From: Eledone cirrhosa | Lineage: Eukaryota | Length of the DNA stretch: 64,000 nt | Assembly (NCBI GenBank): GCA_964016885.1 | Contig: OZ024741.1 | Coordinates: 13,702,001-13,766,000, forward strand | Reading direction: 5' to 3' | Shown here: positions 61,501-64,000 of the stretch, piece after piece | How positions within the stretch are numbered: position 1 is the first letter of the stretch | Layout: each line of letters opens with the position of its first letter | Notes under the pieces: model-generated | What the model was told of the DNA's origin: nothing | The model's database searches: none | The model's input: the letters and a program-made list of their open reading frames with translations, nothing else | Made by a program: the position numbers and the translations under genes

Positions 61501-62024
61501 TGGAATTGGCCGATTAAAGTTTTGAGGCTTTTGCACCCCACTCTACTGGGACATGCTCCCACATAGTCCCATCGTGCATCTAGGATACCATTCCAGTCCC
61601 CCACTAAAAGTAAGGAGCGAGACGTTCCCAGAAAAGACTCTAGACGCTTAAAGAAGTCTGGCCGTGATTGCGATTGCCCGGTCGGGGCATAAACGGCCAC
61701 CAGTCTGAAGGCTCCACCTCCAATACTGTTCACGTCTAGGACTACCAGTCTACCCTCCGGGTCCAAGTGTACTTGCTATACTTCGACGTCCAGGTTCTTC
61801 CGAAACATGACAGCCACTCCACCTCCACCTCCTGGCTGACAGAGAGATGCGTAGATCTCAAAGTCGTCGAAGATGGGGGTTAGTTGCTGCCTGTTGTGGA
61901 TCCTGGACTCGGTGATGGCTATCACATCCATACTGTGTCACCTAAGGTCGTTTAAAAGTTGGCCCTGTTTCCAGGGCATCCTTAGGCCACGCACATTCAC
62001 GGTTCCAACTCGTAAACTAGCCAT
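58597..62024 (-). pseudogene. Tx1/L1 ORF2 (APE endonuclease + RT) with premature stop and frameshifts
   Basis: ATG at 62024 gives MASLRVGTVNVRGL, followed by an in-frame TGA. Motifs: LVAVYAP, VGDWN, SYLDRFF, SDH, GYWKLN, KSPGLDGLPYEFY, LDQSKAFDRVDH, IRQGCP, AYADDVTV, GGLGMP. Frame changes near 61040, 59770, 59320 and 59070. Confidence 0.92.
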
Positions 62025-62065
62025 GTTGGTGAAGAAAAGTTGGAGAAAAAGGACGAAAGGTGCGC

Positions 62066-63944
62066 TTACCTTTTCGTTTCCTGGAGATCGGGTTGTTCAA
62101 TCTCCATTTGGGTGTTGGGTGGGGTGGGGAAACATTTTAACAGGACGCGGTTGATGGGTTTGTGGCAGGGGTTGACCACGTCCTGTGAAAATATATTTTT
62201 TAGGTCATTATAGGTTTCCATAGAAACCCTTATAAGTTTAAGGTGTGGAGACGATTCTGCCTTGACGAAAGTTTTGCCCTCCGTCTCCACCTTGGGGTTT
62301 TGGGAGATGACCTCCATCAAACTCTTGTTGTTTGTGTTGATGTATGCGTATCGTTGTTTGTGTTTTTGTTGTGTTGTTTTAGTTTGTTGTTCGTCCGGGA
62401 GTTTTCTTTTTATGGTTTGATTCTTGTGATTGGGGTGGTGTTGGTGCTGGTTTTGCTGATAGGGGGATGTTTGACTGTGGTGTTGTTTGTGTTGTTGTTT
62501 GTGTCTGTGGTTGTGTGTTGGTGTTGGTGATTGGAGTTTTGGGGGTTTCGTGGTGTCTCTTTTTTTGTTTTTTAGATTTCCGCGGTTCTCCCTCTTCACT
62601 TAAAGAAGGAGAAGCAGCTTCATCCGTCGATGAATAATCATCGTCAGGTGTGTGGGGTAAGGGTATGTTGTGTGGTCGTGGTGTTTCGGAGTGTGCGTTT
62701 GTGGTAGTGTTTGATGGAGTGGGATGGAGTGGTTCTTCAGGGGTGTTGTCTGTTTTTTCTGTTGTTGGTTGAGTGTCTGTTTGTTTTGGTGTGGTTGCTC
62801 GTTTCGTCTGTCGTTGTACTTGTGGTGGTGGTGGTTGTTTTGGTGTTGGTGTGGGTAATAGTGTTTTTTAATGATGTTGTTGTTGTGTGTTTGTGGACAA
62901 AGAGGCCTTTAGGTGTGCTGTGCTACCACAGCGAAAGGAATGAAATTTTCGTCCTTCTACCGAAATGTTTATTTTGTTGTTATTATCGATGACGACTCTT
63001 TCGGGTATTTTCGAGATTCTCTCCGGTTTCATTTGCAACAGAATCTCCAAATCTGTACCCGCCCACCTTTGTCGAATAGATTTTCGTATCGAAAGAATCA
63101 TATCAGTTTCTGGCTCTACGAAGCCAGCCAAGATCCACCAGATGTTAATGTTTGGGGGTATGATTTTTATTTTTATTTTTTGTGTTCTTTTTCCCATGTA
63201 TGTAGGGAAAAAGGTGTATGCTTTTGACACCATTGGTGTCACATAATGTTTTTGGGCGAGTGCCTCACTTTTAAACAGTACGGAAACACTTCCGTACTGT
63301 TTTCCTCGTTGGAGAAAATCGACATTTGCTATAATTTCCCTGAAAGTATCTTCTATATCTGCTTGGCTAACAAATGTCGGCTTTCTTGTTGAATTTGACA
63401 CAGTCCTAAAGGTGACTGATCTGCGAATTGTGTCATCCTTTATTTCAAGGGGTGAGTTAATTCTAAACCCACCTCTTTCTTCGAAAGTTACAAATTTTCT
63501 CCCTTGCTGGGGCATATCTCTTGCGTTGGAGATATCAAGATTTATAAAATCTTGTTTTTTGTTAAACTGTTTCAGCGAAAGACATTTTTTTTTTGTGTGG
63601 TGTTGCTGTTGTTGTTGTTGTTATCGCTGTTAGCCTCGGTGTTGGAAATCTCCTTGTGGTGAAACATTATGTGTAAATGTATCTGTGGAGTTATTGATGT
63701 CTTTTTCATGTGTATGTATGTTAATGTGTTTAATTCCTGTGTTTTCCTGTGTGTTATTGTTATTTTTCTCCACTTCGACGGTAGAAATTTTAAAATCTTC
63801 AAGTGGTAATATTTTTTCCTCTTTGTTGACAGTCGTATCTATGGCAACATCCATAGTAGCAGAAGCAGATATAACGTTAATATCTGCCTCTTTCTCTCTC
63901 TTTTCTCTATTGACGTTCTCCAGGGCGAAAAATGGGATTACCAC
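62066..63944 (-). pseudogene. Tx1/L1 ORF1 remnants
   Basis: Fragmented ORFs directly upstream of ORF2, with a degenerate zinc knuckle (VEGRKFHSFRCGSTAHLK) followed by a T/Q/K-rich low-complexity region. Confidence 0.65.
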
Positions 63945-64000
63945 CCAGCTGACAATTCAGCTTGGGGGTTAATCTACAAAATGTTATGTTTTTTCAAACA

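Larger units (their letters stand above)
58325..64000 (-). mobile_element. L1/Tx1-clade LINE, near full length, decayed; 5' end probably beyond the window
   Basis: ORF1 remnants 62066-63944, ORF2 remnants 58597-62024 (APE + RT), and a 3' end AATAAAGAAA next to (TATC)n. Confidence 0.9.

Noticed and set aside
62060-62072. Splice donor AG|GTAAGC at the end of Tx1 ORF1
   Set aside because: Coincides with the ORF1 stop codon; no supporting acceptor or other evidence.

Overview
Eukaryotic, repeat-dense DNA, probably molluscan (the SINE/RTE tails resemble those I recall from octopus genomes; this is inference). Only one host exon is recognisable: 101 nt at 26387-26487 (+), encoding part of a type I inositol-1,4,5-trisphosphate 5-phosphatase (INPP5A-like). 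Most of the window is therefore probably giant intron. It holds three large minisatellites (30-bp at 1-4205, 16-bp at 31641-33772, 42-bp over about 20.4 kb at 35785-56185), RTE LINE fragments, a tRNA-headed SINE family, a decayed L1/Tx1 LINE, and a Penelope-like element (PLE). The PLE's RT/GIY-YIG ORF is split at a poly-Asn (AAT)n tract by an apparently intact R4/Dong retrotransposon (1130-aa ORF). The least obvious signal is about 8 canonical plus several degenerate type I hammerhead ribozyme motifs between 9.9 and 29.6 kb. Several sit in mirror-image pairs inside long fold-back elements inserted at (TA)n tracts around the host exon. Most long ORFs in the supplied track are repeat artefacts.
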